Numbered from the stretch's first letter, positions 9,076 to 19,735 are shown. The stretch: 64,000 nt of DNA from an uncultured Candidatus Rokubacteria bacterium (GCA_963789955.1 CAWBMV010000001.1:1-64000); one strand, 5' to 3'. Program-made: numbers and translations. Notes: generated from the letters alone by a model not told the origin.

Positions 9076-11517
9076 ATGGTTGGAACCACCCGCGGGCTCC
9101 TGGAGCGCACCGCCGACCTTCAAGCCGTGCTGAAGACGGCGCCGGACAGCTTCCCGTTCAAGAGCGAGCTGAGCCTGGCGCCTCTCCTCGCATTCTGGGC
9201 CAAGAAGTACGGCGACGACACGTCCGCCAAGGGGGCGTTCGTCCGGACGGTCCGTGAGCAGGTCGAGCAGGTGCCGGAGCTCCTGAATCCGATCACGGAC
9301 CTGAGCGTCATCCAGCGCCATCGCGCGCTGGTGGACGTGCTCATGGGGGGCATCTTTCCGCCGGCCTTCTTCGACCAGGAGTTCTCGGCCGTCCTGATTC
9401 CGTTCATGCTGAAGAGCTTCTACGCGACGCCGCCCTTCGAGCAGCTCCTGCAAGCCGAAGACGGGTCGTTGCGCGGCCGCGTGAATCTCGGTCCAGAGAT
9501 GATCAGCGCGATGCGTCTCTTCTTCGCCTACGCGCTCGTGCTGGACCGGATCTACGGGGTCCAGCTCGACGTCGACTATCCGCTCATCCTCACGACGACC
9601 GACACCGACACGGGGCTCGAGCGCCACTTCAAGATGGATTTCGACTGGCGGTTCGTCGAGGTGGAGACGATCGGCCCCGTCCCGGTGCTGACCGACGCGA
9701 CGCGGCGGCGGCTGCACGGCGAGCTCTTCGAGACCGACCTGTTCCGTGAGGTCCTGCCGCCGGATCGCTTCGTGTTCCGCGGCTTCACGATCTTCCGGGC
9801 GATCGAGGTCACGGATCAGGAAGTGCTGTCCTCGCTCGAACGCGATCTGATCGACAAGGAGTCGATCGTCTCCCACACGCGCTTCAAGGCGCTCCAGGAC
9901 AAGCTGCGGACCCTCTTCCGGCGGCCCGAGCTGCGCTTCGGGCTGGCCGCCCTCGACGGCGACCAGGTGCTCGTCCTCAATTACGGCGCCGAGAGCGAGC
10001 ACGCCTGCATCTTCGCCGACTCCCGGCACCACACGGTGGAGGAGTTTCGCGGGTCCGTCTACGAGCGCGCCGTCAAGCAGGGGGGCCCGCTCATCGTCGA
10101 GGATCTCACCGAGATGCCCGGCCGCACGCCGGCGGACGACGAGATCATCGAGTGGGGGCTGCGCAACATCATCGTGGCGCCGCTCTTCTATCAGGACAAG
10201 GTGATCGGCACGCTCGAGCTCGGCTCGCCGCGGCCCGGCGATCTCGACTGGACGCATCTGCCGAAGCTCATGCAGATCCTGCCGCTCTTCTCGATGGCCG
10301 TCCAGCGCAGCATGGAAGAGCTGAACGCGCGGATCCAGGCGTTCATCAAGGAGAAGTGCACGGCGATCCACCCGGTGGTCGAGTGGCGCTTCCGCAAGGC
10401 CGTGCTCAAGGGCATGGACAACCAGCCCGAGGACGCCGACGACTCGGTGGTCGAGATGGAGCCGATCGTGTTCGAGCGGATCTATCCGCTGTACGCGCTC
10501 TCGGACATCCGCGGCTCCTCGACGCAGCGGAGCCTGGCGATCCAGGCGGATCTCTTGACGCAGCTTCGGCTCGCCCGCGACGTGATCCGCTGGGCGCACG
10601 ACGCGCGGCCGCTGCCCGGGCTGCACGAGCTGCTCTACCGCCTCGACAAGCACTCGACCAAGATCCAGATGAACCTCAACTCGGGCGACGAGGTCTCGAT
10701 CATCTCGTTCCTCCGGGCGCACGTCGAGTCGCTGTTCGACCACCTGCAGACGTTCGGGCCGGGCGTGCGCGAGCGGATCGAGGCCTATCGCGCCGCGCTC
10801 GACCCTCGGATCGGCACCGTGTACGACCGGCGCCGGCTCTTCGAGGAGAGCGTGACTCGCATCGCCGACGGGATCTCGTCGTACCTCGACCTCGAGGAGC
10901 AGACCGCCCAGACGATGTTCCCGCACTACTTCGAGAAGCAGAAGACGGACGGCGTGGACCATCAGATCTACGTCGGCGCCTCGCTGCTCGAGGACGGCAA
11001 GTTCGACCCGCTCTACCTCAAGAGTCTTCGCCTGTGGCAGCTCATGGTCACGTGCGGCGTGGCGCTGAAGGTCAACCGGCTCAAGGACAAGCTCCCGATC
11101 CCGCTCGAGGTGACGCACCTGGTGCTGGTCCAGCACGCGCCGCTGTCGATCCGCTTCCGCTTCGACGAGAAGCGGTTCGACGTGGACGGCGCGTACGACA
11201 TCCGGTACGAGATCGTCAAGAAGCGGATCGACAAGGCCGTCATCAAGGGAACCGACGAGCGGATCACGCAGCCCGGGAAGATCGCGATCATCTACTCGCA
11301 CTCCGCCGAGGGCAACGAGTATCGCGCCTACATCGAGTATCTGCAGTCACTCGGGTACTTCACGGGCGCGGTGGAGGACGTCGAGCTCGACGAGCTGCAA
11401 GGGGTCCACGGCCTGCGGGCGCTCCGGGTCACCGTCGACCTGGGCAACCCGCGGATCGACCGCCGCATCACGCCCGGCGATCTCCAGCCCGCGGCACCGG
11501 ACGCCTCGCGCAACTAG
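9076..11517 (+). CDS. large GAF-domain protein with conserved uncharacterised C-terminal region
   Basis: GAF segment ([27 protein letters not shown]); strong coding bias; TG-n-TACAAT box 6 nt before the ATG. Confidence 0.8.
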   Translation: MVGTTRGLLERTADLQAVLKTAPDSFPFKSELSLAPLLAFWAKKYGDDTSAKGAFVRTVREQVEQVPELLNPITDLSVIQRHRALVDVLMGGIFPPAFFDQEFSAVLIPFMLKSFYATPPFEQLLQAEDGSLRGRVNLGPEMISAMRLFFAYALVLDRIYGVQLDVDYPLILTTTDTDTGLERHFKMDFDWRFVEVETIGPVPVLTDATRRRLHGELFETDLFREVLPPDRFVFRGFTIFRAIEVTDQEVLSSLERDLIDKESIVSHTRFKALQDKLRTLFRRPELRFGLAALDGDQVLVLNYGAESEHACIFADSRHHTVEEFRGSVYERAVKQGGPLIVEDLTEMPGRTPADDEIIEWGLRNIIVAPLFYQDKVIGTLELGSPRPGDLDWTHLPKLMQILPLFSMAVQRSMEELNARIQAFIKEKCTAIHPVVEWRFRKAVLKGMDNQPEDADDSVVEMEPIVFERIYPLYALSDIRGSSTQRSLAIQADLLTQLRLARDVIRWAHDARPLPGLHELLYRLDKHSTKIQMNLNSGDEVSIISFLRAHVESLFDHLQTFGPGVRERIEAYRAALDPRIGTVYDRRRLFEESVTRIADGISSYLDLEEQTAQTMFPHYFEKQKTDGVDHQIYVGASLLEDGKFDPLYLKSLRLWQLMVTCGVALKVNRLKDKLPIPLEVTHLVLVQHAPLSIRFRFDEKRFDVDGAYDIRYEIVKKRIDKAVIKGTDERITQPGKIAIIYSHSAEGNEYRAYIEYLQSLGYFTGAVEDVELDELQGVHGLRALRVTVDLGNPRIDRRITPGDLQPAAPDASRN

Positions 11518-12798
11518 CGCTTCAGCCGGTCGCGCGTCACCCCGTCCGCCAGCAACGTCTCCACCTCCTGGCTCGTAAAGCCGAGCTCGCCGAGGATCGC
11601 GCGCGTCTCCGATCCGAACGGCGCGGTCGCCTGGCGCCGGGACGAATCCGCCGCCGTCGATCGAGACGGGCGGCGCCAGCACCCGCACGGGGCCGAGAAC
11701 CGGATGAGTCAGGTCGTGGAGCATTCCGTTCGCGAGCGGCTGCTCGTCGTCGAGCAGCTCGAGCGGTAGCTTGACCCCGGCCGCCGGCACCCCGGCGGCC
11801 TCGAGCGTCGCCTGCCACTCGGCGGTGGTGCGCGTGGCGACCGTGGCCTCGACGCGCCGGCGCAGCGCCACGTAGTGCTCGACCTCCTTCGCGCGGTCGG
11901 TGATCGGCCGATCCAGCGCGTCGTCGCTCAGCCCGACCGCGCGGATGAAGGCGCGCCGGAGCGCCGGGCTGCCGCACGCGATGGCGAGCGCCGCGTCGCG
12001 GGTCGCGTAGGTGCGGTAGTAGACGTTGACGGTACCCGGCGGACGGATCTGCGGCGTGAGCGCCGCCTGCTCGGCGTAGGGCCGGCCGGCGGCCCGGAGC
12101 TCGGCGAGCCGTTCGCGCACGGTGGTGTGAGTCGCCCGGTCCGCCGAGTCGATGCGCACCATGTTGTTGTTCTGGACCACCAGCGCGGCCATCAGGAGCG
12201 AGGCGTCCACCTCGCCGCCGCGCCCCGTGCGCGCGCGGCGCAAGAGCGCGGAGGCGATGCCGAACGCGAGCGTCATCGCGCACATGTAGTCGACCACCGG
12301 ATTCTCGCCGCCGGTCGGCACGCCGTCGCTGACGTTGCCGCCCGCGGCGAGGAGCCCGCTGCGCGCCTGCACCACGAGGTCCATGCCCGCCAGCCGCGCG
12401 GCCGGCCCGCGGCGGCCGAACGCGCTGACGTTGCCGACCACGAGGCGCGGAAAGCGCGGCGCCAGGCTCGGCCAGTCGAGGCCGAGCTCGGCGGCGAGCC
12501 CCGGGCGAAAGTTCATGAGCACGACGTCGGCGCGGGCGAGCAGGCGCTCGACGACTTGCGCGGCCGACGGATGCCGCAGGTCGAGCGGCAGCGAGTGCTT
12601 GCCGCGGTTTCGCGAAAGAAAGTGACGGGTCTCGCCGGGAGCCAGCGGCGCCAGCTGACGGACCGGATCGCCCTCGACCGACTCGATCTTGATCACGTGC
12701 GCGCCGCCCTCGGAGAGGACCTGCGCGCAGAAGGGGACGGCGATGAACTGGCCGAACTCGACGACCTCGATGCCGGCGAACGGTCGTGCGGTGTCCAT
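11514..12798 (-). CDS. CaiB/BaiF family III CoA-transferase (frameshift near 11630)
   Basis: GAHVIKIE..GDPVR, NRGKHS, NFRPG and VVDY motifs; C-terminus ATAPFGSETRAILGELG...KR* lies in another frame. Confidence 0.88.
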
Positions 12799-12846
12799 GG
12801 CGCGCTAGCGTAGCCGCGAATTTGCTATGTTCCAAGAGGCCTGATC

Positions 12847-13500
12847 ATGAACGCGATCGCGGCGGTGGTCTTTGATATCGGCGGCGTGGTGCAGGAATCG
12901 CCGCTCCACGTCATCGCTTGCTACGAGCGCGAGCGCGGCCTCGACGCCAACGCCATCAACCGCGTGGTTGTCGCGGCGGGCGAGCGGGGCGCCTGGGCGC
13001 GCCTCGAGCGGGGCGAGCTGACGATCCAGACGTTCTACGCGCCCTTCGAGGCCGACTGCCGCGCGCAGGGCATCGCGGTGGACGCGCGGCACCTCATGGC
13101 GAAGATCGCCGAGGCCGGCGTCCCGCGCCCGCGCATGCTCGAAGCGATCCGGCGAATCCGCGCGGACGGCCGCCGGGTCGCCGCTCTCACGAACAACTGG
13201 GTGACCGACGCGCCGGGGCCGGGATCGCTCGACAACGACACCGCCCGCTCACGCCTCGACCCGCACTTCGACGTCTTCGTCGAATCGGCCGTGGTCGGCC
13301 TTCGCAAGCCCGATCCGCGGATCTACGCGCTGGTCTGCGAGAAGCTCGGCCTGGAGCCGTCGCGCGTCGCGTTTCTCGACGACATCGGACGCAACCTCAA
13401 GCCGGCACGCGAGCTCGGGATGGCGACGATCAAGGTCGACGACCCCGAACAGGCGTTGCGCGAGCTGGGGGCGCTGCTGGGGCTCGACCTCATCGCCTGA
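12847..13500 (+). CDS. HAD-family phosphatase (epoxide hydrolase N-terminal/ACAD10-like)
   Basis: FDIGGV motif I, LTNN, RKPDPRIY, FLDD..NL motif IV. Confidence 0.9.
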   Translation: MNAIAAVVFDIGGVVQESPLHVIACYERERGLDANAINRVVVAAGERGAWARLERGELTIQTFYAPFEADCRAQGIAVDARHLMAKIAEAGVPRPRMLEAIRRIRADGRRVAALTNNWVTDAPGPGSLDNDTARSRLDPHFDVFVESAVVGLRKPDPRIYALVCEKLGLEPSRVAFLDDIGRNLKPARELGMATIKVDDPEQALRELGALLGLDLIA

Positions 13501-13539
13501 CGTCCGCTGAACGCAATCAATCGCGACGGATGACTTTTT

Positions 13540-13638
13540 GGAAGGGACACCGAGCGAGAGCTTGGTCCACACCGCCTTGACGAACCATGACCCGACCACG
13601 ACGCGCAGCAGTGCGAGCCAGGCTTCAGGAGCGAACAT
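13540..13638 (-). pseudogene. N-terminal remnant of a DoxX-like membrane protein gene
   Basis: MFAPEAWLALLRVVVGSWFVKAVWTKL resembles DoxX first helices, then degenerates into non-coding-like sequence. Confidence 0.5.
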
Positions 13639-13702
13639 GTACGCGGGCAGTGGTCCGTGATGGGCCCAGGCTTGGGCAAGCCGGCCCGGTCGGTCTCCGC
13701 GC

Positions 13703-14203
13703 TCAGCGCTTAAATAGGTTGAAGAGCCACTGCCCCAGCAGGCCGAGGAGCGGCGGCAGGAGCAGCCCCGGGATGCAGCGCGCGAGAGTGAGCGGCCACC
13801 CGAGCAGAGGCGCCTCGTAGGTCAGCATGCGGATCGGGCTCACCAGCGTCTTGGCGGTGAGGAGCGTGATGAGCGGGCCCGCCGCCGCCCCGTGCTTCAG
13901 GAGATTCGCCGCAACCGGAAAGAAGACGTAGGGACCGCCGGGCAACGCGAGTCCCGCTGCCCACCCGATCAGGATGCCCTGCCCCATCCGCTCGCCGCCG
14001 AGCCACCGCGTCATTACCTGAGGCGGGATCAGGACTTCGATGAGGCCAGCGAGGAGGAACCCGAGGGCCAGATCGAACCAGACCCCGCGAAGGAGCCGGC
14101 TGCTGGCCGCCACCGCTCGGAACGGCAGGCCGACGTCGCGCGCGACCGCCACGATCGCCGCGGCGACCACGAGCCCGAGGAGGATCCAGGTGCTGGCGTC
14201 CAC
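13703..14203 (-). CDS. putative permease (DUF318/ArsP-like), coupled to pqqE
   Basis: Hydrophobic; GFLLAGLIEVLIP, PGGPYV and E.PLLG motifs; GTG start at 14203 (or 14215, overlapping the pqqE stop). Confidence 0.75.
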   Translation of the reverse strand: MDASTWILLGLVVAAAIVAVARDVGLPFRAVAASSRLLRGVWFDLALGFLLAGLIEVLIPPQVMTRWLGGERMGQGILIGWAAGLALPGGPYVFFPVAANLLKHGAAAGPLITLLTAKTLVSPIRMLTYEAPLLGWPLTLARCIPGLLLPPLLGLLGQWLFNLFKR

Positions 14204-14211
14204 CCGTCGCG

Positions 14212-15312
14212 TCACGCCGGCGCGGACGATCGCGCGCTCCGGTACTCGAGCTCGCCCCGGCTTGGCATCAGCGCCTCGCGGCGCGCCGCCTCGATCAGCC
14301 CGTGATCCGGTGCGAGCGAGCAGACCGGATCCGTCGCAGCGGCGCTGCCGGTCAGGTGGTACGCCTGGCAGCGGCAGCCTCCGAAGTCGGCGGTCCGTTT
14401 GTCGCAGCTCCGGCAGGGCTCCGGCATCCACGCCAGGCCGCGGTAGGCGTTGAAGGCCTCCGAGTGGTGCCAGATCTCGTCGAGCGAGCGGTCCTGGACG
14501 CGACCGAAGGTGAGCCCGGGCAGCGTGTGCGCTGCGTGGCACGGCAGGGCCAAGCCGTCCGGACTGATCACGATGAAGCGCCTCCCCCAGCCGTCCATGC
14601 AGGACTTGGGGAACTCGGCGTAGTAGTCGGGGATCACGAAGAGCACCTCCATGCGTCCGAGCAGCCGCTGCCGCGCGGCGCGCGCGACGTCGCGGGCGCG
14701 GTCGAGCTGCTCGCGGGTGGGCAGGAGCGCGCGCCGGTTGACCAGGGCCCAGCCGAGGTACTGCGTGTTGGCCAGCTCGAGGCGATCGGCCTGGAGCGAC
14801 TCGGCGAGCGCGATGATCTCGGGCACCCGGTCTAGGTTCTCGCGGTGGAGCACCACGTTGAGCGTGAGGGCGAGCCCCAGCTCCTTGACCAGACGGGCCA
14901 CCTCGACCTTGCGCTCGAAGGACCGGAGGCCGGCGATGCGGTCCGATTCCGGCGCCCGGACGTCCTGCACCGACACCTGCACGTTGTCGAGACCGCGGGC
15001 CCGCAGCCCCGCCAGCCGCTCGCGCGTGCACGGGATGCCGCTCGTGATCAGGTTGGTGTAGAGGTCGAGCCCGCGCGCGGCCTCCACCATCGCCTCGAGA
15101 TCGTCGCGGACCAGCGGCTCGCCGCCGGTAAGGTTGAGCTGCACCACCCCGAGGGTCTCCGCCTCCCGGAACACCCGCAGCCAGTCCGCCGTCCCGAGCG
15201 CGTCGCGGTGGCTCGCGTAATCGAGCGGGTTCGAGCAGTACACGCAGCGCAGCGGACAGCGGTAGGTCAGCTCCGCCACCAGCGTGTACGGCCGCGGAGC
15301 GCCGTCGCTCAC
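14212..15312 (-). CDS. pqqE: PqqA peptide cyclase PqqE (radical SAM/SPASM)
   Basis: AELTYRCPLRCVYCSNP, ELANTQYLGWA, CMDGWG and DFGGCRCQA motifs; GTGA overlap with pqqD. Confidence 0.96.
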   Translation of the reverse strand: MSDGAPRPYTLVAELTYRCPLRCVYCSNPLDYASHRDALGTADWLRVFREAETLGVVQLNLTGGEPLVRDDLEAMVEAARGLDLYTNLITSGIPCTRERLAGLRARGLDNVQVSVQDVRAPESDRIAGLRSFERKVEVARLVKELGLALTLNVVLHRENLDRVPEIIALAESLQADRLELANTQYLGWALVNRRALLPTREQLDRARDVARAARQRLLGRMEVLFVIPDYYAEFPKSCMDGWGRRFIVISPDGLALPCHAAHTLPGLTFGRVQDRSLDEIWHHSEAFNAYRGLAWMPEPCRSCDKRTADFGGCRCQAYHLTGSAAATDPVCSLAPDHGLIEAARREALMPSRGELEYRSARSSAPA

Positions 15313-15608
15313 GGCTCGCTCCGGATGAGCCCGCGCTCGACCATCGCGTGGAGGAACACCAGCACCTCCCGCTCGATGGCGTCCGCGGGCTGGGGCGCGT
15401 ACAGCTCGGCCAGCCGCTCGACGATCGCGGCCACCGTGTGCTCGCCGGTGCACAGCTTCACCACTTCGGCCGCGGTCGCGTTCAGCACGAGGCCCCGCTC
15501 GGGGTAGAGCAGCATGTAGCGGCCGTCCTTGCGATCCCAGCGCACCCGCACCTTGGGAGCCAGCCGCGGCCGCGCCTCCGCGGCGAGGCGAGCGCCGGTC
15601 TCAGGCAC
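15309..15608 (-). CDS. pqqD: PqqD peptide chaperone (RRE)
   Basis: LLYPERGLVLNATA..LCTG motif; lies between pqqC and pqqE. Confidence 0.95.
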   Translation of the reverse strand: MPETGARLAAEARPRLAPKVRVRWDRKDGRYMLLYPERGLVLNATAAEVVKLCTGEHTVAAIVERLAELYAPQPADAIEREVLVFLHAMVERGLIRSEP

Positions 15609-16338
15609 GCGCGCCGCCCGGCCCCCAGCCCGGCTCCACGTAGACGGTGTACAGGCTGTCGAGCAGGTGCCAGAGGATCTCGGTCTTGCGGATGAGCGCG
15701 GCCACGCAGCGGGCCTGGAGCTCGTAGGTGGTGGCGTTGCGGACCACGAAGTCGATGGCCTCCAGCGAATCCTGCCGCGCCCGCGGTGGCCGCGTGCGGA
15801 AGTAGTCGAGTGTGTCGCGGCTGATCCACGGATAGTGCCGCTCCCAGGCCAGCACCCGCTTGGTCATCAGGTCGGGCGAGAAGAACTCGGTGAGCGAGGA
15901 AGCGACCGCCTCGAGCAGCGGGCGCTCCCGCACCAGCTCGACGTAGCCGTCGCAGGCGAAGCGGACGCCGGGCAGCACGGAGCGGCAGCTCGCCACCTCC
16001 TCACGGTCCAGCCCCACCCCGTCGGCCAGCCGCAGCCACAGCTCGAGCCCGCCTTCGCCGGCCGCGTCGCCGTCGTGGTCGCGGATACGCCGGATCCACA
16101 TCCGCCGGAACGCAGGGTCCTCGGACTTCGACAGGATGATGGCATCCTTGATCGGCACGCGCGTCTGGTAGTAGTACCGGTTCAGCACCCACTGCTGGAG
16201 CTGCAACTGGGTGAGCTTCCCGTCGTGCATTAGCACGTGATAACGGTGATGATCGTGGTAGCGGTACTCGCCCTCCCGCCTCACCCACTCGATGAACTCA
16301 TCGCGGCTGAGCGGCGGTCGCGTGCCTTCCGCGGTCAT
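15601..16338 (-). CDS. pqqC: pyrroloquinoline-quinone synthase PqqC
   Basis: YHDHH, WVLNRYYYQ..P.KD, RIRDHDG, SSLTE motifs. Confidence 0.96.
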   Translation of the reverse strand: MTAEGTRPPLSRDEFIEWVRREGEYRYHDHHRYHVLMHDGKLTQLQLQQWVLNRYYYQTRVPIKDAIILSKSEDPAFRRMWIRRIRDHDGDAAGEGGLELWLRLADGVGLDREEVASCRSVLPGVRFACDGYVELVRERPLLEAVASSLTEFFSPDLMTKRVLAWERHYPWISRDTLDYFRTRPPRARQDSLEAIDFVVRNATTYELQARCVAALIRKTEILWHLLDSLYTVYVEPGWGPGGARA

Positions 16339-17255
16339 ATCCGCACCTCCATGCCGTCTCGGGCGACTTCCCAGCCCGCCGCCTCCACGGTCGCGCGCTC
16401 CGGCGAGTCGTCGCGGAGGAGCGGGTTGGTGTTGTTCACGTGAATGAAGATCCGGCGCGGCGCCGCCAGCCCGTGCAGCCGGGCCAGGCTACCGTCCGGG
16501 CCCCCGACCGGCAGGTGGGCCATCTGTTCGGCTCGCTTCGTCCCGAGCCCGAGCCCGGGAAGCTCGTCGCTGGACCAGAAGGTTCCGTCGAAGAACACGC
16601 AGTCGGCGTCCTCGACGGCGTGCCGAACCGCGTCGGTCACCGCGCCGACCCCGGAGAGATAGGCGAGGATCCGCCCCGTCGCGCGCTCGCGGATCCGGAA
16701 GCCGACGCTGTCCTCGGGATCGGAGGTGCCGTCGGCCTCGAGGTGGATGGGCAGCTTGCCAACCATCGCCACGGCCTCGACCAGGAGGCCCGAGGGACAC
16801 CCCTCGACGTCGGCCAATTCCTCCTCGCGGCCGAGCTTGAGCGCCCGCCACGTGATCTGGCCGGGAAACCGATCGAGAGTCCGGTACAGCACGTTGCCGT
16901 CGGTGAACCCGCGGCGCAGGCGATCGGTCGCGTAGATCACGAGGGGATGCGACTCACGCAGCGACAGCAGTCCCAGGCAGTGATCGAGATCGCCGTTCGT
17001 CAGCAGGATGGCCGCGATCGGCGAGTGCCGCGGCCCGCGCGGGTGCAGCGGCGGGAAGCTCTCGATCTGCTGGCGGATCTCCGGCGAGCAGTTCAGCAGA
17101 AACCACTGGGTGGAGTCGGTGCTGACTGCCACGCATTCCTGGGTGCGGGCCGTGACCCGAAGATCTCCGGCCCGCACGCCGCGGCAGTTCGGGCACCCGC
17201 AGTTCCATTGCGGGAATCCACCGCCTGCGGCCGAGCCCAGGACCCGGATCAGCAT
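16335..17255 (-). CDS. pqqB: PQQ biosynthesis protein PqqB (MBL-fold hydroxylase)
   Basis: VLGSAAGGGFPQWNCGC.NC, DGTFW and HVNNTNP motifs. Confidence 0.96.
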   Translation of the reverse strand: MLIRVLGSAAGGGFPQWNCGCPNCRGVRAGDLRVTARTQECVAVSTDSTQWFLLNCSPEIRQQIESFPPLHPRGPRHSPIAAILLTNGDLDHCLGLLSLRESHPLVIYATDRLRRGFTDGNVLYRTLDRFPGQITWRALKLGREEELADVEGCPSGLLVEAVAMVGKLPIHLEADGTSDPEDSVGFRIRERATGRILAYLSGVGAVTDAVRHAVEDADCVFFDGTFWSSDELPGLGLGTKRAEQMAHLPVGGPDGSLARLHGLAAPRRIFIHVNNTNPLLRDDSPERATVEAAGWEVARDGMEVRI

Positions 17256-17275
17256 CGTCGCTTGCCGGAGACGAC

Positions 17276-17316
17276 ACAGCCCTTCCCCCGGCCCGACGGC
17301 CGGCGAGAAGGGCTGC
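17276..17316 (-). terminator. stem-loop between pqqA and pqqB (attenuator or mRNA-stabilising hairpin)
   Basis: CAGCCCTT..CCGGCC / GGCCGG..AAGGGCTG inverted repeat right after the pqqA stop. Confidence 0.6.
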
Positions 17317-17336
17317 GAATCTAAGCGGCTCTGGCC

Positions 17337-17441
17337 TTAGAAGCGGTCGTCCTGTTCGCGCCCGGGCCCGAAGTCGTCCTGGTAAGAGTTGATCTCGGCG
17401 TCCATCCTGACTTCCACGAATTCCGGAGCTTCCCAGGCCAT
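17337..17441 (-). CDS. pqqA: PQQ precursor peptide PqqA (34 aa)
   Basis: MAWEAPEFVEVRMDAEINSYQDDFGPGREQDDRF: W..P.F leader and E-x3-Y core; SD GGAGG; directly upstream of pqqB. Confidence 0.92.
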   Translation of the reverse strand: MAWEAPEFVEVRMDAEINSYQDDFGPGREQDDRF

Positions 17442-17508
17442 TGCTTTTGCCTCCGTTGGCTGAGTCTTAGGGTCTGCACCGAGCTCCACACGGAGCCACG
17501 TGGCGCCG

Positions 17509-17537
17509 AGTCTAGTTGAAGGCTCCGGGCTGGTCAA
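17509..17537 (-). promoter_or_regulatory. sigma70-type promoter of the pqq operon
   Basis: TTGACC-N17-TAGACT on the minus strand. Confidence 0.6.
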
Positions 17538-17821
17538 GCGGCTTCTCCTACTATGAGGAGCGCGGCAACTGCACGCCGCTGCAATTCAATCACACCGAAC
17601 CGGCGGCGGGGCGATCGGCGGCCGCCTCGCCACATGCGACAACGGCGAATTGCGCTTCGCGGCCTACGCCCGCCGAAAGCGACGATGCCCTCGAAGCTCG
17701 TGCCTGGAACCCCAGTGACGCAGCGACTCGCGGCGCTCCGGTCGAGCTTTTGGCGACGCCCGAGGCATCGTTCTTCGTCTCCGGCATCGTAGGGCGAGCG
17801 TGCTACACAGGCCGCGCAGTC

Positions 17822-17850
17822 TTGACAAGCTTGAGCCCGGGACGTATCGT
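17822..17850 (+). promoter_or_regulatory. sigma70-type promoter of the dehydrogenase-cytochrome operon
   Basis: TTGACA-N17-TATCGT. Confidence 0.65.
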
Positions 17851-17910
17851 CCGGCCGCGACGTACGAATCCGTTTTCTGGTCCGTTCACCGATCCAAAGG
17901 GAGGCCCATC

Positions 17911-19121
17911 ATGCTGCGCATCACCCTGACGTTGCTCGCGGTCGCGGTGACCTTCGTGCTGGCGTTCGGGCCGTTCGCCGAGGCTCAGCAGCCGCGCGGC
18001 CCCGCCGCCGTGGAAGCAGGGCCAGCCGTCGTCGATGTCGGAGTCGACCCTGGCGCCGATCGCGCAGCCGCCCGCGCCGAAGGCGCCCGGCGAGATTCCC
18101 GTCGACAAGATCAAGGTGCCGGCCGGATTCAAGGTCGCGCTCTGGGCGCACGGCATCAACAACGCGCGGGTGATGACCTGGGGCGCCAAGGGCACGTTGT
18201 TCGTCTCGAGCCGCACGGCCGGCAACGTCTACGCCGTTCTCGACAACGGCAGTACGCGTGAGGTGAAGGTGATCGCCAAGGGGCTCAACCTGCCCAACGG
18301 CGTCGCGTTCAAGGACGGCACGCTCTACATCGCCGAGGTCTCGCGGATCACCAAGATGGTGGGGATCGAGGACAAGCTCGACAACCCGCCGGCGATGGAA
18401 GTCGTCTACGAGACCCTGCCGAAGGATCTTCCGCACGGCTGGAAGTACCTGGCCTTCGGACCCGACGGCAAGCTCTACTTCAACATCGGCGCGCCGTGCA
18501 ACATCTGCATTCCGCCCGACACGCACGCCAACCTCTCGCGCGTGAACCCGGACGGCACCGGGTTCGAGTACGTCGTGCACGGCGTGCGCAACAGCGTCGG
18601 CTTCGACTGGCACCCGGTGACGAAGGACGCTGTATTTCGCCACCCACGCGCGCGACTGGCTCGGCGACGATATGCCGAGCGACCGCCTCGACATCGCGTC
18701 GAAGAAGGGCCTGCACTTCGGCTTCCCCTATTGCCACCAGGGCGACATCCTCGATCCCGAGTTCGGCAAAGGGAAGAGCTGCGGCGACTACGTGAAGCCG
18801 ATTCTCAAGACCGGACCGCACGTCGCGGGCAACGGCGTCCAGTTCTACACGGGCTCGATGTTCCCGTCCGAGTACCAGAACCGCGTGTTCCTCGCCCAGC
18901 GCGGCTCCTGGAATCGCTCGCAGAAGGTCGGCTTCCGCGTGATGATGGTCACCCTGGATTCGAAGGGTGGCGTGGCGAAGTACGAGCCGTTCGCCGAGGG
19001 CTGGCTGCAGGGCGATCAGATCTGGGGCCGGCCGGTCTATACGCAGCAGATGAAGGACGGCTCGCTCCTGATCGCCGACGACTACGCGGGCGCGATCTAC
19101 CGCGTCACCTACCAGCGCTGA
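17911..19121 (+). CDS. secreted PQQ-dependent sugar/L-sorbosone dehydrogenase-family beta-propeller (frameshifts near 17995 and 18630)
   Basis: Signal peptide; HGWKYLAFGPDG, GAPCNIC, GVRNSVGFDW, GFPYCHQG, GSWNR and GRP motifs spread over three frames. Confidence 0.85.
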
Positions 19122-19735
19122 AGCGACGTCGCGCGCTCGCCGGCGCCTCGGTCGTCGCCGCGCTCCTGGCGGTGACGGCCGCGGCGCCCGCGCGGGCCGC
19201 CGATCCCGAAGCCGGGCGACAGAAATCCGAGCCGTGTAAGGCCTGCCACGGCGCCGACGGCAACGCGACGATCCCGGGCACGCCGTCGATCGCCGGACAA
19301 CCGACGTACTTCACGCACTGGCAGCTGATCAAGTTTCGCGACGGCCGGCGGAAGGACGCTCAGATGACGCCGTTCGCCGTGAACCTCACCGACACCGACA
19401 TGGCCGACCTGGCCGCCTACTACGCGTCGCAACGCCCGCTGCCGCGCCCGGCCGTCACCGATCCGCCGAAAGTCGCCGCCGGGCGTCAGCTCGCCGAGCA
19501 GCACCACTGTGTCTCGTGCCATCGGCCCGGTCTCGTGGGCTTCGAGCAGATTCCGCGTCTGGCCGGTCAGGATCTCGCCTTTCTCGTGAAGATCTTGCGG
19601 GGCTTCAAGGCACAGACGGCGGGTGACCTCGACGGCACGATGACGACGGCGGTCCAGCCGCTCAACGAGGCGGATATCGAGAGCCTGGCGCACTACATGG
19701 CATCCCTGCCGCCGGCGCCCCCGGCGGCCCGCTGA
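19118..19735 (+). CDS. dihaem cytochrome c4/c553
   Basis: CKACH and CVSCH motifs, P.LAGQ repeats, Met ligands; the signal peptide requires a start at CTG 19118. Confidence 0.88.
   Translation: MKRRRALAGASVVAALLAVTAAAPARAADPEAGRQKSEPCKACHGADGNATIPGTPSIAGQPTYFTHWQLIKFRDGRRKDAQMTPFAVNLTDTDMADLAAYYASQRPLPRPAVTDPPKVAAGRQLAEQHHCVSCHRPGLVGFEQIPRLAGQDLAFLVKILRGFKAQTAGDLDGTMTTAVQPLNEADIESLAHYMASLPPAPPAAR

Noticed and set aside
18035..19735. Dehydrogenase-cytochrome c fusion (566 aa)
   Set aside because: The middle part is out-of-frame nonsense. The true dehydrogenase C-terminus is ORF 18672-19121 and the cytochrome has its own signal peptide.
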